A model generated the notes under the pieces. It made no database searches. It was not told where the DNA came from and saw only the letters and a program-made list of their open reading frames with translations. This document shows, one piece after another, positions 18,864 through 28,960 of a DNA stretch of 64,000 bases. The position numbers were made by a program, and so were the translations under genes. The DNA is from Alphaproteobacteria bacterium (GTDB taxonomy: Bacteria; Pseudomonadota; Alphaproteobacteria; UBA8366): assembly GCA_049601975.1 (NCBI GenBank), contig JBMYRC010000005.1, positions 6,494-70,493 of the forward strand, in the 5' to 3' direction. Numbering within the stretch: position 1 is the first letter of the stretch; each line of letters begins with the position of its first letter.

Positions 18864-19349
18864 TCAGGGTGCCCGTTTCAGGCATTCAATGAAGATGTCC
18901 AATGCTTCGTCGGTGAAAGCCCACATATTGGCTTCACGATCCGCCGACGCGGTCTCCAAGGTCCGGACGTCGCACACCGGTCCGTCCACCGCGACACAAG
19001 TGTGCCCCGCATCATCGCCATAGCTGTTGCCGGTCGGCCCGGAAGCCCCGGTCTCGGCCAAGCCCCAAGTCGCGCTCAACCTCTCCCGCATGCTCTTCGC
19101 CAGCAGGCTCGCATAGGGCTCGCTGGATGACCGCACGCCGGGGTGATCTTTAAAGTCGATCTCCGTGAGACGTTTGCGCGCCCGGTGCGTATAAATGACA
19201 CCACCGCCCATGAAATATTTGGACGCCCCCGGCACCGCGAGCAACGAGGCCGAGACCAATCCGCCCGCCGAACTCTCGCCGACAGCCACCGTCTCACTAC
19301 GCGCCACTAATAATTTCGCGATTTCCGCCGTCTTGGTGGTTAGCTCCAT
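18864..19349 (-). CDS. CinA-family protein (PncC-like nicotinamide-nucleotide amidase domain)
   Basis: ETVAVGESSAGGLVSASLLAVPGASKYFMGGGVIY is typical of the CinA C-terminal domain. ATG 19349 was chosen (the ORF runs to 19367). Confidence 0.75.
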   Translation of the reverse strand: MELTTKTAEIAKLLVARSETVAVGESSAGGLVSASLLAVPGASKYFMGGGVIYTHRARKRLTEIDFKDHPGVRSSSEPYASLLAKSMRERLSATWGLAETGASGPTGNSYGDDAGHTCVAVDGPVCDVRTLETASADREANMWAFTDEALDIFIECLKRAP

Positions 19350-19411
19350 CTCTTCCTCCAATCTCATATGCCGTATTGGATATAGGTCATTGCCAATATC
19401 CGGTTAGAAGC

Positions 19412-20404
19412 TCAGCTCCGCGCTGTTTGCAGTGTGGTTTCCGCAAACAGGTCTTCCGGTTTGAGACCGGGTTCAGTCAGGCTTTGTTCCACCGAATATC
19501 GAATGACCGCCTCGATCGCCGTCCGATTATCCTCGACCCCGTATGACCATACATCCGGCCCCATGAGTGCCCGCGTCTCTTCCAGCTCTGCGGTGACCCA
19601 CGGGAGCGATACCTTCAATGCGCCCTGAGCTTCCAAATCCGTAAATGCCAAGTCCTTTGAGTGCCGGAATGCCTTATAGAGATTTGCCGGTAGCCATGGA
19701 TACTTGGCTGCGAGTGATTTTTTCACACCCAATATATGCATGATTGGGAAAATGCCGGAGCGGCGAAAGTAATCCTGTTCCGCCGCGCGGAAATTAGGCC
19801 AGAGACGGCCTACATTTGCGGCACCTCGCTGCAAACACGACGGGACCGGAGGACAGATCACTGCGTCGAGTTCACCCGATTCCAACATACCCGAGAGCGT
19901 CTGATCGGGACCGATACGTTGACAGTCAAATTTGTCAGGCAAATTGATCGGCGTGCGCTCTTCGCGACCGGTTTCTTCAAGGCCGCCGGTTCGCCAGGAA
20001 ACCTCCCAGGGCTCAATGCCGAATTCGTCTTTCAGAATACCGCGCTGCCATACCGCCGCGGTCATCTGGTATTCCGGCACACCGATAATCTTGCCTTTCA
20101 GATCAACAGCGGTCTCGATGCCGCGATCTGTCCGGATATAGAACCCGGAATGTCGGAAGACGCGAGAGAGGAAAACGGGGATACCGAGATACTGCGCGTC
20201 GCCTCGTTGTGTCTGCAACATATGGGTCGAGAAAGAGAGTTCTGTCACATCGAATTCCGCGTAGCGGACAGCGCGAAAGAACAGCTCTTCGGGCAGCATA
20301 TTTAGATAGGTGACATCACACCCATCCACTTTGACCCTGCCGTCCTTCACAGCACGGGTCCGGTCGTAGTCATTCGTCGCGATGCTGATTTTCAAATCAC
20401 CCAT
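19412..20404 (-). CDS. 4,5-dihydroxyphthalate decarboxylase-like / NMT1-type periplasmic-binding-fold protein
   Basis: 330 aa. LKISIATNDYDRTRAVKDGRVKVDGCDVTYLNM..FDVTELSFS resembles my recollection of dihydroxyphthalate decarboxylase-family proteins. No signal peptide. Confidence 0.55.
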   Translation of the reverse strand: MGDLKISIATNDYDRTRAVKDGRVKVDGCDVTYLNMLPEELFFRAVRYAEFDVTELSFSTHMLQTQRGDAQYLGIPVFLSRVFRHSGFYIRTDRGIETAVDLKGKIIGVPEYQMTAAVWQRGILKDEFGIEPWEVSWRTGGLEETGREERTPINLPDKFDCQRIGPDQTLSGMLESGELDAVICPPVPSCLQRGAANVGRLWPNFRAAEQDYFRRSGIFPIMHILGVKKSLAAKYPWLPANLYKAFRHSKDLAFTDLEAQGALKVSLPWVTAELEETRALMGPDVWSYGVEDNRTAIEAVIRYSVEQSLTEPGLKPEDLFAETTLQTARS

Positions 20405-20414
20405 GGCCTATCTC

Positions 20415-21926
20415 CTATGCGTCAAATATGCCGCGGCCATCCTGTACGGCCAGTAAGTTCAATCGGTCCGCGACCGGGGTTAAACCCAAGAGGGCACCCG
20501 GCCCCAAGTCCGACACACAACCTGCCGTTTCGACAAACCGCCGCATCTCCTCATCACCGACCGCATATGCGGCAAGCGTTTCGAGCTTTCCGATGTAATT
20601 CTCTCGCACAAAGGGCCGAGCCCCTGCCGGATGCGCGTCGGCGACGGCGATTTCATCTACCAACACGCGCCCGTCTTCCAGGGTAATTTCTACCCGCCCA
20701 CCGAACGCTTTCTTCTTTGGATCGGTATCGTGGTAGCGGGCTTCCCAGTCCGCATCGAACCGCGTCTCCACCTTGCGCCACAGTGCCACCGTTCCCAGTC
20801 TATGTGCGCGTTCCGACGTGTAGGAGTCGATGTGATGCCAGCCGCCATCCTCCAGCGCCACTGCGAAGATATACGGTATCGAATGATCCAGCGTCTCGCG
20901 GCTGGCGTTGGGATCGTACTTTTGCGGATCGTTCGCGCCGCTACCAATTACCGCGTGGGTGTGATGGCTGGTGTGAATGACGACGCGCTCTACCGCTGAA
21001 ATGTCCGATATCTCTTGGCGCATACGCCGGGCGAGGTCGATCAAAGCCTGCGCCTGATATTCCGCCGAATGCTCTTTGGTGAAGCTCTCCAGTATTGCAC
21101 GCTTGGGCTCTCCCCTCTCCGGCAAAGGAATTCTATAAGCTGCCTCCTTGCCATCGAGTAGCCAAGCAACAACCCCGTCTTCCCCCTCGTAAATCGGCGC
21201 AGGGCCAGTTTCGCCGCGCATCGCGCGATCAACCGCCTCCACCGCGAGCTTCGTCGCATGACCGGGCGCATAGGCCTTCCAGCTGGAAATTTGCCCTTTG
21301 CGCGATTGCCGAGTCGAGGTGGTCACATGCAGCACGTGATTTATGGCCTGATAGATAATCTCAACCGGCAGGTCGAGCATGGTCCCGATACCCGCCGCTG
21401 CAGCCGGGCCCAAATGCGCCACATGATCGATCTTGTGTTTGTGCAGCGAGATCGCCTTCACCAGGTCTATGTGTATTTCGTAAGCAGTCGTCATGCCGCG
21501 CACCAAGTCCGCACCACTGCGCCCCGTCTGCTGCGCCACCGCGAGTAACGGAAGAATGTTGTCGCCCGGATGGGAGTATTCTTCCGCCAAATAGGTGTCG
21601 TGATAATCCAGCTCACGCACCGCCGTTCCATTGGCCCAGGACGCCCACTCCGCGGCGACCCGGCAATCGTTTGGTAGACCATAAAGGGTCGCACCGCCAA
21701 CGCGCGGATGCGCCAATGCCTGTTGGCGTGCATTCGCCACCGGTCGCCGCTCCAGCGATGCGATCGCCACGGAGGCGTTATCGATGATGCGATTGCCCAA
21801 CATCTCGACCACCGCTTCTTCAACGGGAACCGGATCAACCGCGAGTTCCGCTAATTGCCAAGCCAGTTCGTCCTCTCGATCATGAGATGCCGCAGACGGC
21901 CAGACATTCAGTTCGTGTATTTTCAT
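20415..21926 (-). CDS. MmgE/PrpD-family protein (2-methylcitrate dehydratase-like)
   Basis: 503 aa. The size and the blocks [21 protein letters not shown] and [14 protein letters not shown] are typical of the PrpD family. Confidence 0.82.
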   Translation of the reverse strand: MKIHELNVWPSAASHDREDELAWQLAELAVDPVPVEEAVVEMLGNRIIDNASVAIASLERRPVANARQQALAHPRVGGATLYGLPNDCRVAAEWASWANGTAVRELDYHDTYLAEEYSHPGDNILPLLAVAQQTGRSGADLVRGMTTAYEIHIDLVKAISLHKHKIDHVAHLGPAAAAGIGTMLDLPVEIIYQAINHVLHVTTSTRQSRKGQISSWKAYAPGHATKLAVEAVDRAMRGETGPAPIYEGEDGVVAWLLDGKEAAYRIPLPERGEPKRAILESFTKEHSAEYQAQALIDLARRMRQEISDISAVERVVIHTSHHTHAVIGSGANDPQKYDPNASRETLDHSIPYIFAVALEDGGWHHIDSYTSERAHRLGTVALWRKVETRFDADWEARYHDTDPKKKAFGGRVEITLEDGRVLVDEIAVADAHPAGARPFVRENYIGKLETLAAYAVGDEEMRRFVETAGCVSDLGPGALLGLTPVADRLNLLAVQDGRGIFDA

Positions 21927-21938
21927 TTTAAGCCTCGA

Positions 21939-22481
21939 TCATTCCGAAAGGAATTGATCCGGTTTTCGGCGGAAACTCAATGGGTAACAACCGACAATTA
22001 TTCGCGACACGTCATCACCTCCGTTGGTCAGCGGCAACATAAAGCGCTCGATCGTATCGACGAAGAAAATGAGATTTGCGTTCATACGGGAAAAATAGGG
22101 GCTCCGTTCCCGATACACAGCTCGATAAAATTCAAGCAGCGTCTCGGAGGAATCTTTCGGGATATCAGTAATTCGCTTTCCCGTCAGGTCTTGGCCATAA
22201 TGGCGCGCGACCTGCGTCCCATGGACGAGGTGGCGGAAATCACGACCACCATCCTCTACTTGCAGCATCAAAAGGTTGCCGATGCACTCTCTGAGCTCGG
22301 TAATATTGATATCCGCACGCGCCGGCACGGACTGACCCGATCTTTCGCACGCAGCCAGCCAAACGCGGTAGAGATTCCGCTGGCGCTCATCAGCCAATAG
22401 AGCATCGGAGATTTCAGCGGTAAATAAATGCACCGCCGCCTTATCGCTCGACATCGTCCCATCCGAGATAAACTTCGCCAC
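21939..22481 (-). CDS. PAS-domain protein (alphaproteobacterial PAS_5-like single-domain protein)
   Basis: 180 aa. ..LYRVWLAACERSGQSVPARADINITELRECIGNLLMLQVEDGGRDFRHLVHGTQVARHYGQDLTGK.. matches my recollection of the PF07310-type family. Confidence 0.5.
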   Translation of the reverse strand: MAKFISDGTMSSDKAAVHLFTAEISDALLADERQRNLYRVWLAACERSGQSVPARADINITELRECIGNLLMLQVEDGGRDFRHLVHGTQVARHYGQDLTGKRITDIPKDSSETLLEFYRAVYRERSPYFSRMNANLIFFVDTIERFMLPLTNGGDDVSRIIVGCYPLSFRRKPDQFLSE

Positions 22482-22549
22482 CCATCCTTAATCAAGTTAG
22501 CACAGAAATCGACGTGTCTTAAGGGTCTGAATTCGGCAATATAATCACC

Positions 22550-23260
22550 ATGTGCGGACGCTATACCCTAACCATGCCCATCGACAGCATGCGCGAATTG
22601 TTCGGCTTCGATGCTCAACCGAACCTCGCGGCGCGGTATAACGTTGCCCCGGGGCAAGATATTCCAGCAGTACGTATCAACGACGCGGGTACGGGTAGAC
22701 AATTGGCCGGTTTCAATTGGGGTCTGGTACCATCTTGGGCCAAAGACCCGACGACGGCCAACCGCATGATCAACGCTCGGAGCGAGACCGTCTCCGAAAA
22801 ACCGTCGTTCCGGGCCGCTTTCCAGCGCAGGCGTTGCTTGATTCCTGCAAACGGATTTTATGAATGGAAATCGGAGGGTAAAGGTATCAAGCAGCCCTAT
22901 TACATCCAACTCGAAGACGGAACGCCATTCGCCTTTGCCGGTATTTGGGAACGATGGGAAGGTGGCGACGGCGATCATTGGGAGACGTGCGCCGTCGTGA
23001 CCACGGAAGCAACGGAAGCGCTGATGCCCATCCATCACCGGATGCCGGTCATATTACCGCCCCAAACGTACAAAACCTGGCTAACGGGTGATGTGAAAGA
23101 GGTTGGCGCGTTGATGGTGCCGTATTCTGGGTCGACCGAGGCGTGGCCTGTCGCAACCATAGTCAATAAAGTGCAAAATGACGGTTCCAAACTTATCGAG
23201 CAAACCGAACCGCTCTCCCCGCCGGCACCGCCGACCCAAAGCCAACTCGATCTGTTCTGA
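22550..23260 (+). CDS. SOS-response-associated peptidase (SRAP/YedK family, abasic-site DNA-protein crosslink)
   Basis: MCGRYTL N-terminus (catalytic Cys2), plus NARSETV, FRAAFQRRRCLIPANGFYEW and HHRMPVIL. Confidence 0.9.
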   Translation: MCGRYTLTMPIDSMRELFGFDAQPNLAARYNVAPGQDIPAVRINDAGTGRQLAGFNWGLVPSWAKDPTTANRMINARSETVSEKPSFRAAFQRRRCLIPANGFYEWKSEGKGIKQPYYIQLEDGTPFAFAGIWERWEGGDGDHWETCAVVTTEATEALMPIHHRMPVILPPQTYKTWLTGDVKEVGALMVPYSGSTEAWPVATIVNKVQNDGSKLIEQTEPLSPPAPPTQSQLDLF

Positions 23261-23958
23261 TGCGCACACTCGCCATACGTCATGTCGGGTTCGAGCATCT
23301 TGATCTGCTGGAAGGTATTCTGGAGCAACGCGGCCATGAGATTCGCTACCTTGATATGGGTGTCGACCGGTTGGACGATATTGACCCGCAGGCCGACGAT
23401 CTTGTTGTAATTCTAGGCGGTCCGATTGGCGTCTACGAATGTAACGCCTATCCGTTTCTCGATGCTGAAGTGGATTTTACCGCTCGTCGTCTCGCAGCAC
23501 GGAAACCGACGATTGGCATTTGCCTTGGCTGCCAAATCATGGCTGCTGCTCTCGGCGCCGAAGTCTATCCCGGCCCGGCCAAGGAAATCGGCTGGAAGCC
23601 ATTGCAACTCACGAACCCTGGTAAGTTTTCGCTACTTGGCGATATCGGCGGAACATCGGTACTACATTGGCACGGCGACACGTTCGACCTGCCGCACGGC
23701 GCCACGTTGCTTGCATCTACCGACCTTGTTCAAAATCAGGCCTTTAGCGTTGAAAATTTTGCGTTGGCGTTGCAATTCCATTTAGAAGCGAGCTTGGAGA
23801 ATTTGGAGAGTTGGTTTATCGGGCATACATTGGAGATATCCACCACCGACGGAATTGACGTCCAAAGCCTGCGCGCCGATACGGCGGTCGCCGCGCCGCA
23901 ACTGGAGCCCGGTACTAGATTGGCATTCGGCCGTTGGTTGGACGACGCCGGACTTTAA
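23260..23958 (+). CDS. class-I glutamine amidotransferase-domain protein
   Basis: 232 aa. LVVILGGPIGVYE and IGICLGCQIMAAALGAEV (nucleophile Cys). The start overlaps the SRAP stop (TGATG). Confidence 0.82.
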   Translation: MRTLAIRHVGFEHLDLLEGILEQRGHEIRYLDMGVDRLDDIDPQADDLVVILGGPIGVYECNAYPFLDAEVDFTARRLAARKPTIGICLGCQIMAAALGAEVYPGPAKEIGWKPLQLTNPGKFSLLGDIGGTSVLHWHGDTFDLPHGATLLASTDLVQNQAFSVENFALALQFHLEASLENLESWFIGHTLEISTTDGIDVQSLRADTAVAAPQLEPGTRLAFGRWLDDAGL

Positions 23959-23980
23959 GCGACACACAGAGGTAGACATC

Positions 23981-24736
23981 ATGACCACGCGCAACGACCT
24001 GAAACAGCGGGGTGACGCCATCCGCAACCGTATCGACGCCAAGGGCAGTGATGCCGACACCGCACCCGGATATCAACGCATGGTCTCGGAAGCGCTCTAT
24101 GGTGGCATCTGGGCGCGTGATGTCCTGCCCTTGGAGGAACGCTACATTTGCGTCCTTTCGGGGCTTATGTTGCAACAGAACGAACCGCAATTGCGCCGCC
24201 ATATCCGAGGTGCGCTAAATATTGGTTTGGCGCCCCGTTCTATTTTGGAAATCTTCGTACAAGCAGGTCTCTATGGCGGCTTTCCCACTGCGGAGAACGC
24301 CATGAGTATCGCGCATGAAGTCTTCACCGCCCAAGGCGTGTCGGTCGAAGCCGAAGTCGACGGAGAGGAAACCTTGGAAGAGTTTTCCGAAATGGGTGGG
24401 GAGATGCTCGCCGCCTTGCATGGCGAACGCGGCACCAAGGGCTATGCATCGCCAGATAATCCGACGACGGGTGGCCTCTATACGATGGCAATTCAATACG
24501 GATATGGTTGGCTCTGGCATCGTGCCGGATTGGATCGACGGCAACGCATGATTTGCGCGGTCGCGTCCTTCACGGTCTTACGCCTGGACAGCCAACTTCG
24601 GAAGTTCGGACTATCGGCCTTGAACGTTGGCCTCACCAAAGAAGAAGTGGTCGAGGCGGTTATGCAGACAGCACCCTATGGCGGCTTCCCACCCGCACTG
24701 AATGCACTCGCCGCACTCGACGAAGCCTTCAGCTAA
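23981..24736 (+). CDS. carboxymuconolactone decarboxylase (CMD/AhpD-like) family protein, two CMD repeats
   Basis: ATG 23981 with a GAGG SD upstream. ..RYICVLSGLMLQQNEPQLRRHIRGALNIGLAPRSILEIFVQAGLYGGFPTAENA.. is repeated as ..VTAFTVLRLDSQLRKFGLSALNVGLTKEEVVEAVMQTAPYGGFPPALNA. Confidence 0.8.
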   Translation: MTTRNDLKQRGDAIRNRIDAKGSDADTAPGYQRMVSEALYGGIWARDVLPLEERYICVLSGLMLQQNEPQLRRHIRGALNIGLAPRSILEIFVQAGLYGGFPTAENAMSIAHEVFTAQGVSVEAEVDGEETLEEFSEMGGEMLAALHGERGTKGYASPDNPTTGGLYTMAIQYGYGWLWHRAGLDRRQRMICAVASFTVLRLDSQLRKFGLSALNVGLTKEEVVEAVMQTAPYGGFPPALNALAALDEAFS

Positions 24737-25839
24737 CCCGCCATTTGAAGTGCCGCCGCACCTTCCGGTAAGTCACCCACATAGGATGAAGCCGGACGGA
24801 TGAGACGTCTGCTTGCGACCTGCTCCTCAATATGGGCACACCAGCCAATGACCCGACCCATGGCGAACGCAGGTGTGAATAGCTCACGCAGCAAGCCGAT
24901 TCCGTCGAGCACCAAGGCGGTATAGAACTCGACATTGGTATCGAGGCGACGATCGGGGTATCGCCCCTCCAGTGTCTCCAACACGCCAATCTCGACCGCT
25001 TCCGCAAAGGCGATCCGGTCCGACGAATTTTTGAGGTCACGGACGATTTCTTTCAACACGTCGGCTCGGGGATCACGCGTCCGGTAGACGCGGTGCCCGA
25101 ACCCCATGAGACGGGAACCATCCGCGAGCGCGGCATGAATCCATGGCATGATTTTCGCTTAGCTCGCAATTTCATTCAGCATATCCATTACCGGTCCGGG
25201 CGCACCCCCATGTAAGGGTCCTTTTAACGTACATAACGCCGCGGCCACGGAGGATATTTCCCGAGCTTGCGTCGACGCTACCACGCGCGCGGTAAAGGTT
25301 GAGGCATTCATGCCGTGGTCTGCGATGGTGATCAGATAGCGTTCCAAAGCAGGTGCGGCCCTCGGCACATGATTGAGCCCCAACATTGCCAAGAAATCGG
25401 CGGCATGTCCTCGCCCCGGATCGTGTGCAATGACACCGAGCATATTGCAGTGGCGCCAATGTGCCGCGATAAATACAGTTGCTGCCCCTGTTAAAAGCAC
25501 CGCACTATCGATCCCATGCTTTTGGGGGTCGCTATCATTCAGAAGCGACCATCCGATCCGCAAAGCTTCAACCGGCGTGGCATCCCCGCTGACCCGCAGC
25601 AAGTGCGGCACCAGATCGGCTGCAACGAGACGCGCACGCCCCAAATCCAATGCAACCTAATCATTGCTCTTCGGCGTCTCTGCATATTCATTCCACAGCG
25701 AAGCCGCGACTTCCGGCAAACTCCAATCCGCCACCAGTTTTTCCACATCGTGTCCGACCACAATCGGTCGTCCGGCTATACCGTCAACGCGGCTGAGACG
25801 TGTTTCAGCAGCGACAATACCCTCAAGGCCAACGCTCAT
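24733..25839 (-). pseudogene. citrate synthase / citryl-CoA-lyase-family gene interrupted by two in-frame stop codons
   Basis: Three consecutive same-frame ORFs (25657..25839, 25159..25650, 24733..25149) together give a colinear citrate-synthase-like protein. Recognisable blocks are DHGMNASTFTARVVAST, LKGPLHGGAPG and GFGHRVYRTRDPRA. The frame is cut by TAG 25657-25659 and TAA 25159-25161. Confidence 0.8.
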
Positions 25840-25933
25840 ATTCCTATTCCTTTGCTGTTTCAGCGCCCTTGACCTAACAGCGCCAAAACATTCAATTCAG
25901 TATTGATAAATACAATCAATATATGGACACCCG

Positions 25934-27138
25934 ATGGAAGACCGTGTTTACCTGACCGCAAGGTAAGCCGCAGCGGAACTAAACGTCAGCCGCGCGACCC
26001 TCTACGCCTATGTCTCGCGCGGTATGGTTCACTCGGAGCCGTCAGAGAACGGTCGAAGCCACTTGTACCGAGCGGAAGACGTCCGTGCTTTGCGAGCACG
26101 GAAGACCCCACAACAGGGGCAGGAAAATGTTGCGCGGCAATCGCTCAGTTTCGAAGAGCCGGTGCTGGACAGCGCCATCGCCTTGATCGCGGATGGAAGG
26201 GTGTATTATCGGGGTCGCGATGCTGTTGCACTGGCGCGCTCGGCACGTTTCGAACAGGTGTCTAACCTCCTCTGGCAGCGCCATGACGAAGACCCATTTT
26301 CCCAACCCATGCTGGAGATAGAACCACCTGGAGGATTAGCGCCTTTGCCCCAGGCGATCAGCATGTTGTCGATCGCAGGTGAGCGCGACCTGAAGGGGCT
26401 GAACTTGTCGGAGCGTGGCATCGCGGAGACCGGCGCCCGGATTGTTCGCCTTCTTACTGCTGGGTTCTCAGGCCAACCAGTTTCTGACAGATCTATACAC
26501 GAACAATTGGCGCAGGCCTGGCGGCTAGATGATGCCGGGGCGGATATCATTCGTGCGGCATTGATGCTCACAGCGGATCACGAGCTCAATACATCAGCCT
26601 TCACCGTCCGCTGCGTCGCTTCCATCCGCGCCACTCCCTACGCGGCCATCGGCGCAGGACTGTGCGCATTACAAGGTCCGCGACATGGTGGCCTCACAGC
26701 ACAGGTCATCGCCTTCCTCTCGGAAATCGCGGCAGCCGCTTCTCCGAAGGAAGCGGTGATGGCTCGTCTCAAACGAGGTCAGCAATTGCCGGGTTTTGGA
26801 CATCCGCTCTATCCGGAAACCGATCCACGCGCGACGGCTATTCTATCGACTATTGAACGCAACTTCTGTTGGATTCCGGCTCTAGATCTGGCGCATCAAA
26901 TATTGGAGGCTGCGAAGGAAGCCATCGGACTAGCGCCAAATGTCGATTTTGCCTTGGCTACTTTGGTGCGCGCGTTGTCATTCCCAGAGACCAGCCCTTT
27001 CGCGATCTTCACTATCGGCCGAAGCGCAGGATGGTTGGCGCATGCACAAGAACATACCGCTTACCCGAATTAATCCGGCCTCGGGCGCGCTATGTCGGGG
27101 ACGAACCACAGACTGGGGTTAGCCGCCCGATCTCGTGA
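25934..27138 (+). pseudogene. HTH (excisionase/MerR-like)-citrate-synthase-family gene with N-terminal nonsense codon and C-terminal frameshift
   Basis: From ATG 25934 the frame reads MEDRVYLTAR-TAA-AAAELNVSRATLYAYVSRGMVHS.. and continues as ORF 26024..27073 (ADHELNTSAFTVRCVAS, LQGPRHGG, GFGHPLY). The conserved end ..ELIRPRARYVG is only readable in frame 1 up to 27138, implying a 1-nt frameshift near 27055-27070. Confidence 0.75.
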
Positions 27139-28141
27139 GTGGCTGATAGAGGCCCTTGATCTCCGCCTTTGTGCGAGCCAACGCATAGACCGTGTCGATA
27201 GTCGGTGTCGCAACGCCCGCCATCTCTCCCATTTCCCTAACCGCTCCCACAATCGGATCAAGCTCCAAGGTTCGACCTGACTGGTAGTCCTGCAGCATGG
27301 AAGTCGGTACATCGCCGAGATTACGGAAATACTCAATTCGACGCTCAATCCCTTCCACCAACGCAGTTTCATCCGCCGCCAGTTCGACGCCATATGCGGC
27401 GGCCACTGCGACGGACTCACGCATCATTTTCGCCATTGTCGCGCGGATATCCGGGTCGCTGCCCAGAACCGAGCAACTCCCTTCCGCGATGGCACTGATA
27501 GAGTTCCCGGAAAGATTACCCCACAGCTTAATCCAAAGATCTCGTCGGATATCGTCGGAGATTGGCGCATCGAAGCCTGCGCCCGTCAGAAGCTCAGAGA
27601 TTACTTCCGCCCGCGCGCTCGAACCTCCGGTCGGTTCACCGAGTGCAAATTCCGCTTCCTTCCCGTGATTCTGAACAATCCCAGGTGCGGGCGACGTATT
27701 CATAACATACACGATACACCCCAACACCCGCTCGACACCGAGCCCGCTCCACGCCTTACCACCTGGATCGACCGCATCTAGATGGCGTTTTCCGCCATCG
27801 TTCGGAATTCCATGGAAGTACCAAAACGGAATGCCATTGATCATCGGAACGACGATGGTATTGGGTCCCAATAAGGGTGTGATTTGATCGATGGCACCGG
27901 GAATCGCATGTGCTTTGGCGCCAATCAGGACGACGTCTTGTGGCCCCAGTGATACAGTATCGTCGGTTGCCACAAGATCATGATGGGATTCGTAATCGAG
28001 ATCGATGAGCTTGAGGCCGTTTTGCCGATACGCCGCAAGACGCTCGCCACGCGCAATAAGGACCGGCGCCTGGCACGCCCGCGCCAACCGTCCAGCCACA
28101 AAGCCAGCAACCGCACCCACACCGAATATCGCAATTTTCAT
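27119..28141 (-). CDS. 2-dehydropantoate 2-reductase (ApbA/PanE family)
   Basis: 340 aa. MKIAIFGVGAVAGFVAGRLA Rossmann N-terminus. The C-terminal domain has ..SMLQDYQSGRTLELD.., typical of ketopantoate reductases. Confidence 0.8.
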   Translation of the reverse strand: MKIAIFGVGAVAGFVAGRLARACQAPVLIARGERLAAYRQNGLKLIDLDYESHHDLVATDDTVSLGPQDVVLIGAKAHAIPGAIDQITPLLGPNTIVVPMINGIPFWYFHGIPNDGGKRHLDAVDPGGKAWSGLGVERVLGCIVYVMNTSPAPGIVQNHGKEAEFALGEPTGGSSARAEVISELLTGAGFDAPISDDIRRDLWIKLWGNLSGNSISAIAEGSCSVLGSDPDIRATMAKMMRESVAVAAAYGVELAADETALVEGIERRIEYFRNLGDVPTSMLQDYQSGRTLELDPIVGAVREMGEMAGVATPTIDTVYALARTKAEIKGLYQPLTRSGG

Positions 28142-28156
28142 TCGCCGTATGGACCG

Positions 28157-28945
28157 CTAGTGCGACAGAATTTGGCTGAGGAAAAGTTTCGTGCGATCCG
28201 ATTGCGGATTGCCGAAGAATTCTTCCGGCTCATTCTGCTCCACGACCTGGCCGTCATCCATGAAGATCACCCGGTGCGCAACTTGACGGGCAAAGCCCAT
28301 CTCGTGGGTCACCACCAACATCGTCATACCGGTCTCCGCGAGATCGACCATCACGTCGAGCACCTCTTTGATCATTTCCGGATCGAGGGCCGATGTGGGT
28401 TCATCGAACAACATGATCTTCGGCCTCATACAAAGAGAGCGCGCGATGGCGACACGTTGTTGCTGACCGCCGGACAATTGCCCTGGAAACTTTAGGGCCT
28501 GCTCCGGAATTTTAACCCGCGTGAGATATTCCATCGCAATTTCTTCGGCTTCCGCCTTCGGCGTCTTGCGAACCCAAATCGGTGCCAGGGTACAATTCTC
28601 TAAGACCGTCAGATGCGGAAACAAATTGAAGTGCTGGAACACCATGCCGACTTCCCGGCGCACACTATCAATCTGCTTGAGATCGTCCGTCAGCTCTATC
28701 TCGTCAACGATGATCGAGCCCTGTTGGTGCTCTTCCAGCCGGTTAATGCAGCGGATCAAAGTCGATTTACCGGAGCCCGACGGCCCACAAATTACGATCC
28801 GTTCGCCCCGGTAAACCGTCAGATCAATATCGCGCAGCACGTGGAACTGGCCGAACCATTTGTTCATGCCATTGATTTGGATGACCCGCTCATCCGAGAG
28901 TTCGGAGACGCTCCGCGCGCGCACTTCGCTAGTGTTTTCACTCAT
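28157..28945 (-). CDS. aapP: general L-amino-acid ABC transporter ATP-binding protein
   Basis: Walker [10 protein letters not shown], signature [13 protein letters not shown], Walker [12 protein letters not shown]. It is last in the J-Q-M-P order. Confidence 0.85.
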   Translation of the reverse strand: MSENTSEVRARSVSELSDERVIQINGMNKWFGQFHVLRDIDLTVYRGERIVICGPSGSGKSTLIRCINRLEEHQQGSIIVDEIELTDDLKQIDSVRREVGMVFQHFNLFPHLTVLENCTLAPIWVRKTPKAEAEEIAMEYLTRVKIPEQALKFPGQLSGGQQQRVAIARSLCMRPKIMLFDEPTSALDPEMIKEVLDVMVDLAETGMTMLVVTHEMGFARQVAHRVIFMDDGQVVEQNEPEEFFGNPQSDRTKLFLSQILSH

Positions 28946-28960
28946 GTGAGTTCTCCTCGC

